From assembly GCA_965207455.1 (NCBI GenBank), contig CBDBMJ010000001.1, positions 832,001 through 896,000 on the forward strand: a DNA stretch of 64,000 nt. The letters run 5' to 3'. Numbering within the stretch: the first letter of the stretch is position 1; the number at the start of each line of letters is the position of its first letter. The translations under genes were made by a program, and so were the position numbers. Below, in pieces: positions 9,143 through 20,268 of the stretch. A model generated the notes under the pieces. The model did no database searches. It was not told the DNA's origin and was given only the letters and a program-made list of their open reading frames with translations. This DNA comes from Bdellovibrionota bacterium. GTDB taxonomy: Bacteria > Bdellovibrionota > UBA1018 > CAIPTA01 > JAALKR01.

Positions 9143-10201
9143 CTAAGAATACCACCGATCCCGGTCCGGATCCCATTCATCCCAAGTGGGAATTTCTTTT
9201 AATTTGGTTTGCAAATTTTTTGGAACAATTCCAGGAACAATAAAAGCCTTTTGACGATGCAAAGGATAGGGATTGCGAAGTTCTATTCCTAGCGTACCTA
9301 AAATAGCACGGGCAATATACCATGTGGCTTGTGAGTTCCAACCATGGGCTACCTTAATAACAATACCCAAACCATTCTTATAATCTTTGTGCTCAATAGC
9401 AAGACCAAGCAAACCATCGGCTCCTTCTTTAGCAATGGCCGTTCCTCCAGCAGATTTAATCACTGTGGTGTCCAAACGATTAAAGCCCCCCACTAAATCA
9501 GGCTCTCGTACCATGCTTTCCCAAATCCAATCCTCGTGACGGTTCTTTGCTAACTTAGCATAACATTGTGCTAATTCTTTTACAGTCATGGAGACTGTGG
9601 GCAGACCATCTCCATCTCTAGCCACCCTCAGAGGTTTCCAAGTGGAACCTAACTGCTCTTTCAATAATTCTTGGTATTTATCAAAAATAGTATGGGAGGG
9701 TAATGTATAGCCTGCCCGATTCCAGCCCTTTAGACGACACCCTGCCAGTATAGCAGCATGATGGCCAGAGGAATTATTAAACCAGCGACGATTTCTCCGC
9801 ACCTGCCTACCAAACTGTATAAGAGGAATATCTAAAGGTGTTTGCATCAATCCCCATTCCTCTTCACTTAAAATAGACTGTGCCATCTCTATATGTTCCG
9901 CAGAACCATTATGGCTAGCAACACTAATGGCTTTTTGTTTCCAGCTCAATTTACTATCCAAGACATCGGTAAACAGTTTCATGTAGAAAAGTTTCATCAT
10001 ACTTCGTCCATAACAAAGTACGTCTCCTCCAAAGGAATGGATAAGTTTATCATTGGAATAAAAAGCCACTGCTCCATGAACTGTATTTTCACTAATATCG
10101 TTGCGACGATAATCCACCAAAGGCTCCCAACTCACATCCCTTCCCGTGGGGATATTCTTGTGAGATTCTCCCAAAGGATTGTTGGGAAATACCTTAGTCA
10201 T
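9143..10201 (-). CDS. Class 3 (Rhizobium etli-type, asparaginase II family) asparaginase-like hydrolase with altered metal site
   Basis: RSMMK (RSxxK), ASHNG (SHxG) and AKEGADG motifs. NCSGKH appears as NSSGHH and DGC as DGD. Confidence 0.8.
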   Translation of the reverse strand: MTKVFPNNPLGESHKNIPTGRDVSWEPLVDYRRNDISENTVHGAVAFYSNDKLIHSFGGDVLCYGRSMMKLFYMKLFTDVLDSKLSWKQKAISVASHNGSAEHIEMAQSILSEEEWGLMQTPLDIPLIQFGRQVRRNRRWFNNSSGHHAAILAGCRLKGWNRAGYTLPSHTIFDKYQELLKEQLGSTWKPLRVARDGDGLPTVSMTVKELAQCYAKLAKNRHEDWIWESMVREPDLVGGFNRLDTTVIKSAGGTAIAKEGADGLLGLAIEHKDYKNGLGIVIKVAHGWNSQATWYIARAILGTLGIELRNPYPLHRQKAFIVPGIVPKNLQTKLKEIPTWDEWDPDRDRWYS

Positions 10202-11162
10202 ACTCGTCCGAAGTGTCTAGAACATTACGTTCCCCATGGTATGTGTCTGGATCTTCTTCATCAAATTCCAAATCTCTAGCTTTTGTTGATGAAGGCTTCA
10301 AAGATACCACAGCGGAACCCGTACCATAAACAGGTTCATAGGCAAGAACTTTACCTGTATACCAATTATGGGCACCAGAAATAGAGGCTAACCACCAAAA
10401 CGGCTTAAAGTTCCCCACTTTCTTCACTCTAGCCTCTCTATGTATTTGCCTTGATAACTGCTCCACATCCTCCAAACGCCCCTTGCCCAATAATTCCAAA
10501 ATTTTCTGGTTCCATTCTTCATCTTTTAACGAATGAATTTTATCCTCACTGGGCTCAATAAAATCCTTATGCAAGCGATTGGATAAAGTGGAAACAATCA
10601 CCGCAACTGCTCGCTTATTGGATTGCTTTAAAGCATCTACAGCAGCCTTACCTAAAACCACTGTCTCAGCCCTATCCGCATAAACATTGCTGGAAACAAT
10701 CACTGCAGGCAAACGATTGTTAGGATTGATTAACTGGAGAGCCACAATAGAACCGGTATCGATGGGAAAACCTTTATAATTTACAGTGCGAGAATGGAGA
10801 CCACGACTCTTACAAGCTCTATCATAGGCTTGGGCAAAATCAGAGTCCATTCTTAATTTATAGGGGATGGAACCTAAATCATGGAACTGCTCATCCACAT
10901 GTACCCACTCTGGCATCGGGTCCGCTTGAATTTGATGACCAATCACACTGGGCCACATAGTGCTGTAAATAATAATAAGATCCACTTCTGGAAGCTCACG
11001 AATCTCTGCTTCTACTTTCTGAAAAGCATCTCGTACTCGTCCCCAACCAGGATTTTTTTCTGGACATAATAGGGGATGGGGCAATCCGGGCAATACATAG
11101 GAAGCCACAATGGGGTTTTCCACTATTTCTTTCTGATCCTTGATTGGTTTATTTATTTTCAT
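10194..11162 (-). CDS. amnA: 2-aminophenol 1,6-dioxygenase alpha (non-catalytic) subunit-like, LigB/class III extradiol dioxygenase family
   Basis: LPGLPHP, YSTMW, HVDE, VNYKGFPIDTG, EDKI..DEEWN, YGTGSAVV match AmnA/CnbCa as I recall them. Start taken at ATG 11162, 4 bp after the amnB stop (11174 also possible). Confidence 0.8.
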   Translation of the reverse strand: MKINKPIKDQKEIVENPIVASYVLPGLPHPLLCPEKNPGWGRVRDAFQKVEAEIRELPEVDLIIIYSTMWPSVIGHQIQADPMPEWVHVDEQFHDLGSIPYKLRMDSDFAQAYDRACKSRGLHSRTVNYKGFPIDTGSIVALQLINPNNRLPAVIVSSNVYADRAETVVLGKAAVDALKQSNKRAVAVIVSTLSNRLHKDFIEPSEDKIHSLKDEEWNQKILELLGKGRLEDVEQLSRQIHREARVKKVGNFKPFWWLASISGAHNWYTGKVLAYEPVYGTGSAVVSLKPSSTKARDLEFDEEDPDTYHGERNVLDTSDEYD

Positions 11163-11166
11163 AGTC

Positions 11167-12063
11167 TTATCCATTTTTTTCATGCGACCATTCCACAATA
11201 GCATTACCCGTACCAATAACGGTGCCATACCCGTATACCTCTGCTGAATAACGGGGAAGACCTAGGGCAGACAACATCCAAGTTAAAGCCCCTGAATCCG
11301 TTTCTCCCATGGTTTGCTCCGTAAAGTCGGGAATGATGTCGATAATTTCCTTAGTCTTTCCCTGCTTCATCATCTCTATCATTTTCATATCCCAAATATA
11401 TTGGTGGTGATTATAAATATGTTCCCTGCTCATATCCTCTGGTACCTCTGCCTCTGTGGTAAAGTGTCGATGGGATAGGGAATTACTTGCCAACAAAACA
11501 GCTCGTTTTCCCGTACTCTCTATAGCTACACGAGTGGCTTCACCTAAATCCATCATAAGATTTTGCATATAATCCACACTGAAATAAGAGGAAGCTCGAT
11601 TAGAAGAAATGGATACAATGGGCTTATCCCAAGAAGGATTTAGCATGTGACAGGAAACAATGGTTCCATAATCCACTCGAAAATCAGGATTACGCATCAT
11701 CTTTGTGGTCAAATTTCTTGCCTTAGCCTCCCCATGTATTGCTTCCCCTAAATCCACATCCACTGTTAAATCATAGTGAAAACGGAAAAGATTGGGAAAA
11801 ATCGGGTCCACCGATAAGGATTTAAAACTGGGAACACCTAAAATATGGGTGCCCACGTATGTCTGCCAATGGGGGGAAAGTACCACCAATACATCATAGT
11901 CCTTGGAGGATAAACTCTTTCGAGCCCCTTCATAAGCCCAGCGTAATGTCTCCCAACCACATTCTGCCACGGGTTCATTTTGCTCTGGATTTTCTCCATA
12001 CACAAGGTGAGGGGGATGGGGTGCTAAAAACCCAGCTACAATCTTTCCTACAGCCACAGTCAA
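11167..12063 (-). CDS. amnB: 2-aminophenol 1,6-dioxygenase beta (catalytic) subunit-like
   Basis: GFLAPHPPHLVYGENP, SPHW, SVDPIFPN, KMMRNPDFRVDYGT, LLASNSLSH, PEDMS, YGTVIGTGNA closely match AmnB/CnbCb motifs. Start may be GTG 12057. Confidence 0.9.
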   Translation of the reverse strand: MTVAVGKIVAGFLAPHPPHLVYGENPEQNEPVAECGWETLRWAYEGARKSLSSKDYDVLVVLSPHWQTYVGTHILGVPSFKSLSVDPIFPNLFRFHYDLTVDVDLGEAIHGEAKARNLTTKMMRNPDFRVDYGTIVSCHMLNPSWDKPIVSISSNRASSYFSVDYMQNLMMDLGEATRVAIESTGKRAVLLASNSLSHRHFTTEAEVPEDMSREHIYNHHQYIWDMKMIEMMKQGKTKEIIDIIPDFTEQTMGETDSGALTWMLSALGLPRYSAEVYGYGTVIGTGNAIVEWSHEKNG

Positions 12064-12168
12064 TATCCTTTCTCCTCTACTATTAGCACATTTTAAAGAA
12101 CAAAGGAACCCAGCCCATAACTCCTTTATCCATTGACTTTCCCAAGATTTTTACATACCGTAATGCCC

Positions 12169-12642
12169 ATGGAAGATATTTTTTTCATGGAAAAAGCCAT
12201 CTGTCTTGCCAAGCTAGAGGCAGGAGAAGTGCCCGTGGGGGCTATTATCGTTCATAATAATAAGATCATTGCTCAAGCACATAATCAAAAGGAAATAGGG
12301 AAAAACCCCCTCCTCCACGCAGAAATGATAGCCATCAACCAAGCAGCCCAACAGCGAAAACAATGGCGGCTTTTAGATTGTACCCTCTATGTAACCCTTG
12401 AACCCTGCCCCATGTGCATGGGAGCAATTATACAAAGTCGCATTCCACGATTGGTCTATGGATGCAAGGATCCCAAGGGTGGAGCCGACTCCCTTTACCA
12501 ACTTTCTTCCGACACTCGACTCAACCACCAACCCCAGGTACAAAGCGGAGTACTGGAAGAACAGTGCGGAAAACTATTAAGTAATTTTTTTCATAACCGA
12601 CGAAAAGAACGAAAAAACCTATCCCCCATGGGTGCTCCATGA
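12169..12642 (+). CDS. tadA: tRNA adenosine(34) deaminase
   Basis: [39 protein letters not shown] motifs. Confidence 0.92.
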   Translation: MEDIFFMEKAICLAKLEAGEVPVGAIIVHNNKIIAQAHNQKEIGKNPLLHAEMIAINQAAQQRKQWRLLDCTLYVTLEPCPMCMGAIIQSRIPRLVYGCKDPKGGADSLYQLSSDTRLNHQPQVQSGVLEEQCGKLLSNFFHNRRKERKNLSPMGAP

Positions 12643-13331
12643 AATACCATAAACTCGTACTCCTTCGACATGGAGAAAGCAAATGGAACCAAAGCAATCA
12701 GTTTACAGGTTGGCGGGATATAGGTTTAAGCGAAAAAGGTAGGGAAGAGGCAAGTAAGGCAGGAGAGTTATTGAAATCTAGAGCCTATCATTTTGATAAA
12801 GCCTACACTTCTCTCTTGAGTCGAGCCCAACACACTCTGGATATTGTTATCAGTAAACTGGATCAAAACTCCCTACCCATAGAAAAATCTTGGAAACTTA
12901 ACGAACGCCATTATGGTGCGCTCCAAGGACTCAATAAAAAAGAAACTATGGAAAAGTATGGAGAAGAACAAGTCTTTCTATGGAGGCGAAGCTACCATAC
13001 CCCTCCCCCACCTTTGGATAGAAAAGATCCCACCCACCCCATGCATGATGAATTGTATAAAGACATTCCACCTGAAATTCTTCCCGATGGGGAGAGTTTG
13101 GAAAATACGATAGCGCGAGTGATTCCCTACTGGGAGTCCACTATTGCTCCCACAATCAAAAAAGGAGAAACAGTGCTGATAGTGGCACATGGAAATAGCC
13201 TTAGAGCACTTATAAAACATTTAGATAAAGTTTCTAACGAAGAGATTTCTCAATTGGAAATCCCAACAGGAATACCTCAATTGTACGAACTGGATGAAAA
13301 TCTCCAACCACGCCAAAGGAGGGAGGCATGA
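12639..13331 (+). CDS. gpmA: 2,3-bisphosphoglycerate-dependent phosphoglycerate mutase
   Basis: [37 protein letters not shown]. Confidence 0.97.
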   Translation: MKYHKLVLLRHGESKWNQSNQFTGWRDIGLSEKGREEASKAGELLKSRAYHFDKAYTSLLSRAQHTLDIVISKLDQNSLPIEKSWKLNERHYGALQGLNKKETMEKYGEEQVFLWRRSYHTPPPPLDRKDPTHPMHDELYKDIPPEILPDGESLENTIARVIPYWESTIAPTIKKGETVLIVAHGNSLRALIKHLDKVSNEEISQLEIPTGIPQLYELDENLQPRQRREA

Positions 13332-14146
13332 AAAATAATTTTTCCATCACCATCCCCATCAGTATTTTTATAACGATAATGGCTATCGTTTACCAGCGAA
13401 GCACGGGGCCCACATACCCTAAAAAAATAACTCTATCTATTGGAGAACAAAATCTATCTATCCCGTTTCCCCGCAGTCAAGGTGGACCCTTGGGCGCGGA
13501 AATCATACTCCCCCTCCTAGCTCCCGATATGCAAGCCACCCTTCATTATAAGCGCTACCCAAGCCAAGACTCTTGGGCAAGCACCCCCTTTCAAATAAAA
13601 AATAAACAACTAATTGCATCCCTACCCCACCAACCACCTGCTGGAAAAATGCAATACTATGTGGAGGTGGAACACGAGGGGAGAAAACAATTTTTACCCA
13701 AGCCAGAGGATCCACTCCTACTACGCTATAAGGGAAATGTACCGGCTTGGATACTCATTCCCCATATTTTATTTATGTTTTTTGCTATGTTCTTGTCCAG
13801 CCTCGCCGGAATGGAAGCTTTATACAAAACAAAAAAAACCTTTCCTCTGGTATGCATAACCACTACATGCCTTATTCTGGGAGGAATAGTACTGGGCCCT
13901 CTTGTTCAAAAATACGCTTTCGGCGTATACTGGGCAGGTTTTCCTTACGACTATGACCTCACCGATAACAAACTTCTAATTGGTGTGATCTTTTGGATAG
14001 TAGCCTTATTAACAAATTGGAAAAAATTTCGTCCTCAATTTATCCTGCTTGCCGCAATTGTACTTTTAATTGTATATTCCATACCTCACAGCATGATGGG
14101 TTCCCAGTTCAACTACGAAAAGAATCAATTGGAAACACAAAGATAG
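13328..14146 (+). CDS. Uncharacterised integral membrane protein
   Basis: N-terminal TM, soluble domain ([18 protein letters not shown]), four C-terminal TMs (DLTDNK, SIPHS). 4-bp overlap with gpmA. Confidence 0.75.
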   Translation: MKNNFSITIPISIFITIMAIVYQRSTGPTYPKKITLSIGEQNLSIPFPRSQGGPLGAEIILPLLAPDMQATLHYKRYPSQDSWASTPFQIKNKQLIASLPHQPPAGKMQYYVEVEHEGRKQFLPKPEDPLLLRYKGNVPAWILIPHILFMFFAMFLSSLAGMEALYKTKKTFPLVCITTTCLILGGIVLGPLVQKYAFGVYWAGFPYDYDLTDNKLLIGVIFWIVALLTNWKKFRPQFILLAAIVLLIVYSIPHSMMGSQFNYEKNQLETQR

Positions 14147-14147
14147 T

Positions 14148-14675
14148 TTATTTTTTTATTTTTACACCAGCGCCCTGATCATAGACTAATAAAGCCCCAT
14201 AGTGCACACTTTCCACAAGAGATATGCATCCAATAAGAAATAAAATTCCTATGCATCTTTGGAACCAGCGCTCCTGGCGTATGGAAATTTTCAGTCTACT
14301 TGATTTAAAAAATAGAATGAAATCTAAGAATAAAATGCCTAAAAAAATATAAAGTGTGCGATAGGAGCTATCTTCATGGTCATATAAAACCGTAATGTCA
14401 TCTAAACTAGACTTCACTTTTTCTACAGCAATATCTCCAGTGAAAAAAGTAATTCCTAAGAAGACAATTCCTCCGATTAAAAAAATTTGAGAATTGAGAA
14501 AGAAAAAATCTTTCCATTTCTTTTTACTCTCAGCAATGCAAAAAAGAGAAAGCCAACGGAAAACCGCACTCAATACCAATATAGCAATAGGAAAGTGGGC
14601 TAACAATGGATGGAGCAATTCTTCACGCGAGAGCATAGACCAAGACATGGAATCAACATACCATGTCAAACCCAA
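14148..14675 (-). CDS. DUF2231-like membrane protein
   Basis: LHPLLAHFPIA motif, four TMs, later His and HYGALLVY..GAGV ending. True start probably 14648 or 14636. Confidence 0.7.
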   Translation of the reverse strand: MGLTWYVDSMSWSMLSREELLHPLLAHFPIAILVLSAVFRWLSLFCIAESKKKWKDFFFLNSQIFLIGGIVFLGITFFTGDIAVEKVKSSLDDITVLYDHEDSSYRTLYIFLGILFLDFILFFKSSRLKISIRQERWFQRCIGILFLIGCISLVESVHYGALLVYDQGAGVKIKK

Positions 14676-14732
14676 AAGGCAAGTCCGTCGTAGAAAAGAC
14701 TGTAGTTTTTTGTTATCCTTTCAACCTAGACT

Positions 14733-16082
14733 ATGGAAAAAACTCTACACACACCTGATCCACCTGCTCTTCCAAAAGCCACTGCTTTTACAGGACTTTC
14801 TCTTCTGTCTACTAACTTGAAAATGGAAAATGCCACGCTTGTGATTCGAGGAAAGACCATAGAGTATATCGGGGAAACACCCAGGCATGGCTGGAAAAAA
14901 GAATCCCCCTATGGAGAGGACACTCTTTGCATTGATGCTAGGGGCTTTCTTGTGACCCCCGGCTTTATTAATGCCCACACTCACCTGCCACTGGCCTACT
15001 TACGAGATAGGGCCCATGACAGGGCCGATATGATTGAAACTGTTTTCTTTGCGACAGAAAAAAATTTAAGCCCAGAACTCATGAAGCCTCTATCCTATAG
15101 TTCCATCTACGACGGTCTACTTAGTGGTGTTACCTGTTTTGTGGATCATTATTTTTATATCGACGGTATCATTGGAGCCCTTAAAGAGTTTGGACTCAAG
15201 GGAGTGGTGGGAGAATCTCTTGCCGACCAAGCGAAATCCTTTCCCAACCGAACCACATGGAAAGAAGCAAAAAACACAATAGAGAACTGGCCCCACGGAG
15301 AGGACTTTCCGCCCATTGTAGCTCCCCATGCAAGCAACACAGTTTCCAAAGAGCAGCTTACGGATATGGCAAATTTTGCTCGACAACATTCCCTTCCCCT
15401 CCACTACCACCTTTCCCAAACAGCCAAAGAATATGAAGAAGTGGTAGAACTTCATGGCATCTCTCCCGTAGAACTGGCCAAACAATGTGGAGCATTGGGA
15501 GAGCATAGTTTAGTGGTTCATTTAACAAGTGCGAGTGAAAAAGATTTGGACCATATTCAAGAGAGTGGAGCCACAATAGGATTTTGCCCCACTTCACAAA
15601 TTATCTATGAGAAGTTAGCTCCCATAAAAAATATATGGGATCGTTCTATCCCCTTGGCTCTAGGCAACGACTGTTCTGCCTCCAATGATTCCATGAATAT
15701 CCTACAGGAAATGAAAATTGCTGCTCTACTTATAAAGGATAGACTAGGCACAAAAAATATGAAAACTATTGCAGAAAAAGTGTTTTCCATGGTGACTGAT
15801 GAGCCTGCACGCTGCCTCAATCTTCCTAAATTAGGCAAGCTCGCTGTGGGCAGTAGTGCCGATATTGTGTTCTTTCAAAACGACCTCTCCAATCAACCCA
15901 TTGTCAATCCATTAACTAATATGTTATTTAGTATGAGTTCTAGGGATGTAAAGCATGTTATGGTAAATGGAAGGTGGGTTCTTTGGAACCAAAACCCAAC
16001 GTTAGTAAATAAAGAGAGTTTACACAGTGATTATATGAATGCAGTTTCTGAAATAAAAAAACGTTCTTCCTTAACCCCATAG
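14733..16082 (+). CDS. Metal-dependent amidohydrolase (COG0402, MtaD/SsnA-like deaminase family)
   Basis: PGFINAHTHL, APHA, LHYHLSQT, VVH, LGNDCSASND, GKLAVGSSADIV, VMVNG. Confidence 0.88.
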   Translation: MEKTLHTPDPPALPKATAFTGLSLLSTNLKMENATLVIRGKTIEYIGETPRHGWKKESPYGEDTLCIDARGFLVTPGFINAHTHLPLAYLRDRAHDRADMIETVFFATEKNLSPELMKPLSYSSIYDGLLSGVTCFVDHYFYIDGIIGALKEFGLKGVVGESLADQAKSFPNRTTWKEAKNTIENWPHGEDFPPIVAPHASNTVSKEQLTDMANFARQHSLPLHYHLSQTAKEYEEVVELHGISPVELAKQCGALGEHSLVVHLTSASEKDLDHIQESGATIGFCPTSQIIYEKLAPIKNIWDRSIPLALGNDCSASNDSMNILQEMKIAALLIKDRLGTKNMKTIAEKVFSMVTDEPARCLNLPKLGKLAVGSSADIVFFQNDLSNQPIVNPLTNMLFSMSSRDVKHVMVNGRWVLWNQNPTLVNKESLHSDYMNAVSEIKKRSSLTP

Positions 16083-16098
16083 CGATGGAGATATTATA

Positions 16099-17636
<1,538 letters not shown>

Positions 17637-17642
17637 AATTAT

Positions 17643-18089
17643 TTAAATTTTATATATAGCCTCTACCATATCTTTAATTTTATCCCCAATATACCTGTCA
17701 ATATCCAGTTCCTTCTGTTGGTCCAAATAATATACTAGTACTTTTTTCTCCCTATTATAGTTCACACGTTCCACCTTTTCTTTATCTGTAATAACTTCAA
17801 TCGTAATTTTTTCTGGTATACTATGGACAGCTATGGAATATGGGCCCAGCATAAGCTCTGCTCTATCTTTTTCTTTAAAAAATTCTACACTTTCGCGAAA
17901 CTGAGGAAATAAAATATCTCGTCCCTCTTCCAAAATCGCTCCCATTCTCTTAGATCCCTCTAGGATAGCCCGGTGGATCCGTTGGTACTCCAAGCTCTCA
18001 TTTTTTTGAGCTTGCACAATTTCTTCTTTTTTCTTTATGATGATATCCTGAATACCTGAACGCCAATCCTCTTTTATCATGGAAGACAC
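17643..18089 (-). CDS. Hypothetical protein
   Basis: 148-aa ORF filling the gap between add and ettA; charged, no recognised motif. Confidence 0.6.
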   Translation of the reverse strand: MSSMIKEDWRSGIQDIIIKKKEEIVQAQKNESLEYQRIHRAILEGSKRMGAILEEGRDILFPQFRESVEFFKEKDRAELMLGPYSIAVHSIPEKITIEVITDKEKVERVNYNREKKVLVYYLDQQKELDIDRYIGDKIKDMVEAIYKI

Positions 18090-18215
18090 CCCCTAACGCA
18101 GCACAATAATTTTATTTTTCCTATTCTTTAATACTAACATTTTCATCTTATTTTTGAAATATTCCCATCAAAAATAACTAGGCACTCTGACTCTAATTAT
18201 GGTATTCCCAAAAGC

Positions 18216-19880
18216 ATGAATGAAAAAATAATCTACTCAATGGTCGGAGTAAATAAGATACTCCCTAACGGAAAACAAATTATTAAGGACATTTCCCTAT
18301 CCTATTTTTATGGCGCTAAGATTGGTGTGCTGGGTTTAAACGGTTCGGGAAAAAGTACTTTATTAAAAATTATGGCAGGGCAAGATACTACCTTTAACGG
18401 AGAAGCTCATCTCAACGGAAAATATACCATTGGTTATTTAGAGCAGGAACCGCAACTCACACCAGGAAAAACTGTGCGAGAAATAGTGGAAGAAGGTGTA
18501 CCTGAAACCATGAGGCTCCTTAAAAAATTTGAAGAAATCAATGCAAAGTTTGCCGATGAAACACAGGATATGGAAAAACTTTTGGAGGATCAGGCCACTG
18601 TTCAGGAGAAGTTGGAAAAACTAGATGCCTGGTCCCTAGATGATAAACTGAATTTTGCTATGAACTCTTTACGATGCCCAGCACCTGATCAGAAAATTGA
18701 CTTTATTTCTGGAGGAGAACGTAGGCGTGTAGCCCTATGTCGTCTCTTGATACAAGACCCCAGCATTCTTCTCCTAGATGAACCCACAAACCATTTGGAC
18801 GCACAATCGGTACAATGGTTAGAAAAATACCTGCAAGACTATAAAGGCACTGTAATTGCTGTAACCCACGATCGTTATTTTTTAGATAATGTGGCTGGCT
18901 GGATTTTAGAGCTGGACCGAGGTCACGGTATTCCTTGGAAGGGAAATTATTCTTCTTGGTTAGAACAAAAGGAAAAACGGCTTTCCAATGAAGCAAAAGC
19001 AGATAGTAAGCAAAAAAAGATTCTACAACGGGAGTTGGAGTGGATACAGCTCACCCCGAGTGCCCGTAATAAAAAAAATAAAGCAAGAATACATGCGTAT
19101 ACCGAAATAGCCAATGAAGCCGTGGATCGTGCCTCTCAGGAGCTACAAATCTATATTCCTCCAGGACCACGCCTAGGAAATGTTGTGCTGGAAGCAAAAG
19201 ACCTCTCCATGGCTTATGAAGATAAGTTACTCTATGAAAATCTCAATTTCACTCTGCCAAGAGGTGGAATCATGGGCATAGTGGGACCCAACGGAGCAGG
19301 AAAAACCACACTCTTTAAATTACTTATGGGTCAGATCAGCCCACTATCGGGAAGTATTCATCTGGGAGAAACTGTAAAGATGGCCTATATGGAGCAGTCC
19401 AGAGAAGCCCTAGATAAAGATAAAACGGTATGGGAGGTGGTCTCTGAGGGTCAGGAAACTATTTTGCTAAACAAGCACGAGGTTAATTCCAGGGCCTACC
19501 TATCTCGCTTTAATATTAGCGGTCATGATCAGCAAAAAAAAATGGGCACTCTTTCCGGGGGAGAACGAAACCGTGTGCAAATGGCTCTCTTATTAAAATC
19601 CAACAGTAACCTTCTCCTAATGGACGAACCCACTAATGATTTGGATGTGCACACCCTACGAGCCCTAGAGGAAGCGCTCATAAACTATGCTGGCTGTGCC
19701 GTTATTATCAGTCACGACCGCTGGTTTCTCGACCGGGTAGCCACCCATATCCTTTCTTTTGAGGGAGACAGTAAAGCTGTAATGATAGAGGGAAATTATT
19801 CAGACTACTACAAAGATTTGATGCGCCGCTGTGGGGAGCAAACCCTAAAGCCCATCAATTACGCCAAAATTAAACGGTAA
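18216..19880 (+). CDS. ettA: Energy-dependent translational throttle ABC-F ATPase
   Basis: GAKIGVLGLNGSGKST, SGGERRRVALC, LDEPTNHLD, HDRYFLDNV, IPPGPRLG, second ABC domain. Confidence 0.96.
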   Translation: MNEKIIYSMVGVNKILPNGKQIIKDISLSYFYGAKIGVLGLNGSGKSTLLKIMAGQDTTFNGEAHLNGKYTIGYLEQEPQLTPGKTVREIVEEGVPETMRLLKKFEEINAKFADETQDMEKLLEDQATVQEKLEKLDAWSLDDKLNFAMNSLRCPAPDQKIDFISGGERRRVALCRLLIQDPSILLLDEPTNHLDAQSVQWLEKYLQDYKGTVIAVTHDRYFLDNVAGWILELDRGHGIPWKGNYSSWLEQKEKRLSNEAKADSKQKKILQRELEWIQLTPSARNKKNKARIHAYTEIANEAVDRASQELQIYIPPGPRLGNVVLEAKDLSMAYEDKLLYENLNFTLPRGGIMGIVGPNGAGKTTLFKLLMGQISPLSGSIHLGETVKMAYMEQSREALDKDKTVWEVVSEGQETILLNKHEVNSRAYLSRFNISGHDQQKKMGTLSGGERNRVQMALLLKSNSNLLLMDEPTNDLDVHTLRALEEALINYAGCAVIISHDRWFLDRVATHILSFEGDSKAVMIEGNYSDYYKDLMRRCGEQTLKPINYAKIKR

Positions 19881-19884
19881 ACGC

Positions 19885-20262
19885 TCACACCATTAGTTTT
19901 TTAATCTTTTCCATCAACACCACAGAATCTAAAGGTTTGCTATGAAAATCATTGGCCCCTAGTTGGATTGCCTTTAATACTGAATCCTTATCATTTTCTC
20001 CACTAAAAATAATACAAGGAATTTGTAAGAGGTTTTTATTTTTCTTCCTATATTTTAGAAAATCATATCCTGATTTATTTGGCATATTAATATCCACAAT
20101 AAATAAATTAATTGTATGGCTCCTAATAACTTGCAACCCTAAATCAATGCTTGGCATTCCAAAAAATTTTATACCTTCTTTTTCCAGTAAAAATTTCACT
20201 AGCCGACGAACCTTAGGATCATCGTCTATCAATAAAATATTTCTATTACTTAAATAATCCAT
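19885..20262 (-). CDS. Single-domain response regulator
   Basis: LLIDDD, VDINMP, SG, GANDF..KP. Confidence 0.88.
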   Translation of the reverse strand: MDYLSNRNILLIDDDPKVRRLVKFLLEKEGIKFFGMPSIDLGLQVIRSHTINLFIVDINMPNKSGYDFLKYRKKNKNLLQIPCIIFSGENDKDSVLKAIQLGANDFHSKPLDSVVLMEKIKKLMV

Positions 20263-20268
20263 TAAAAC

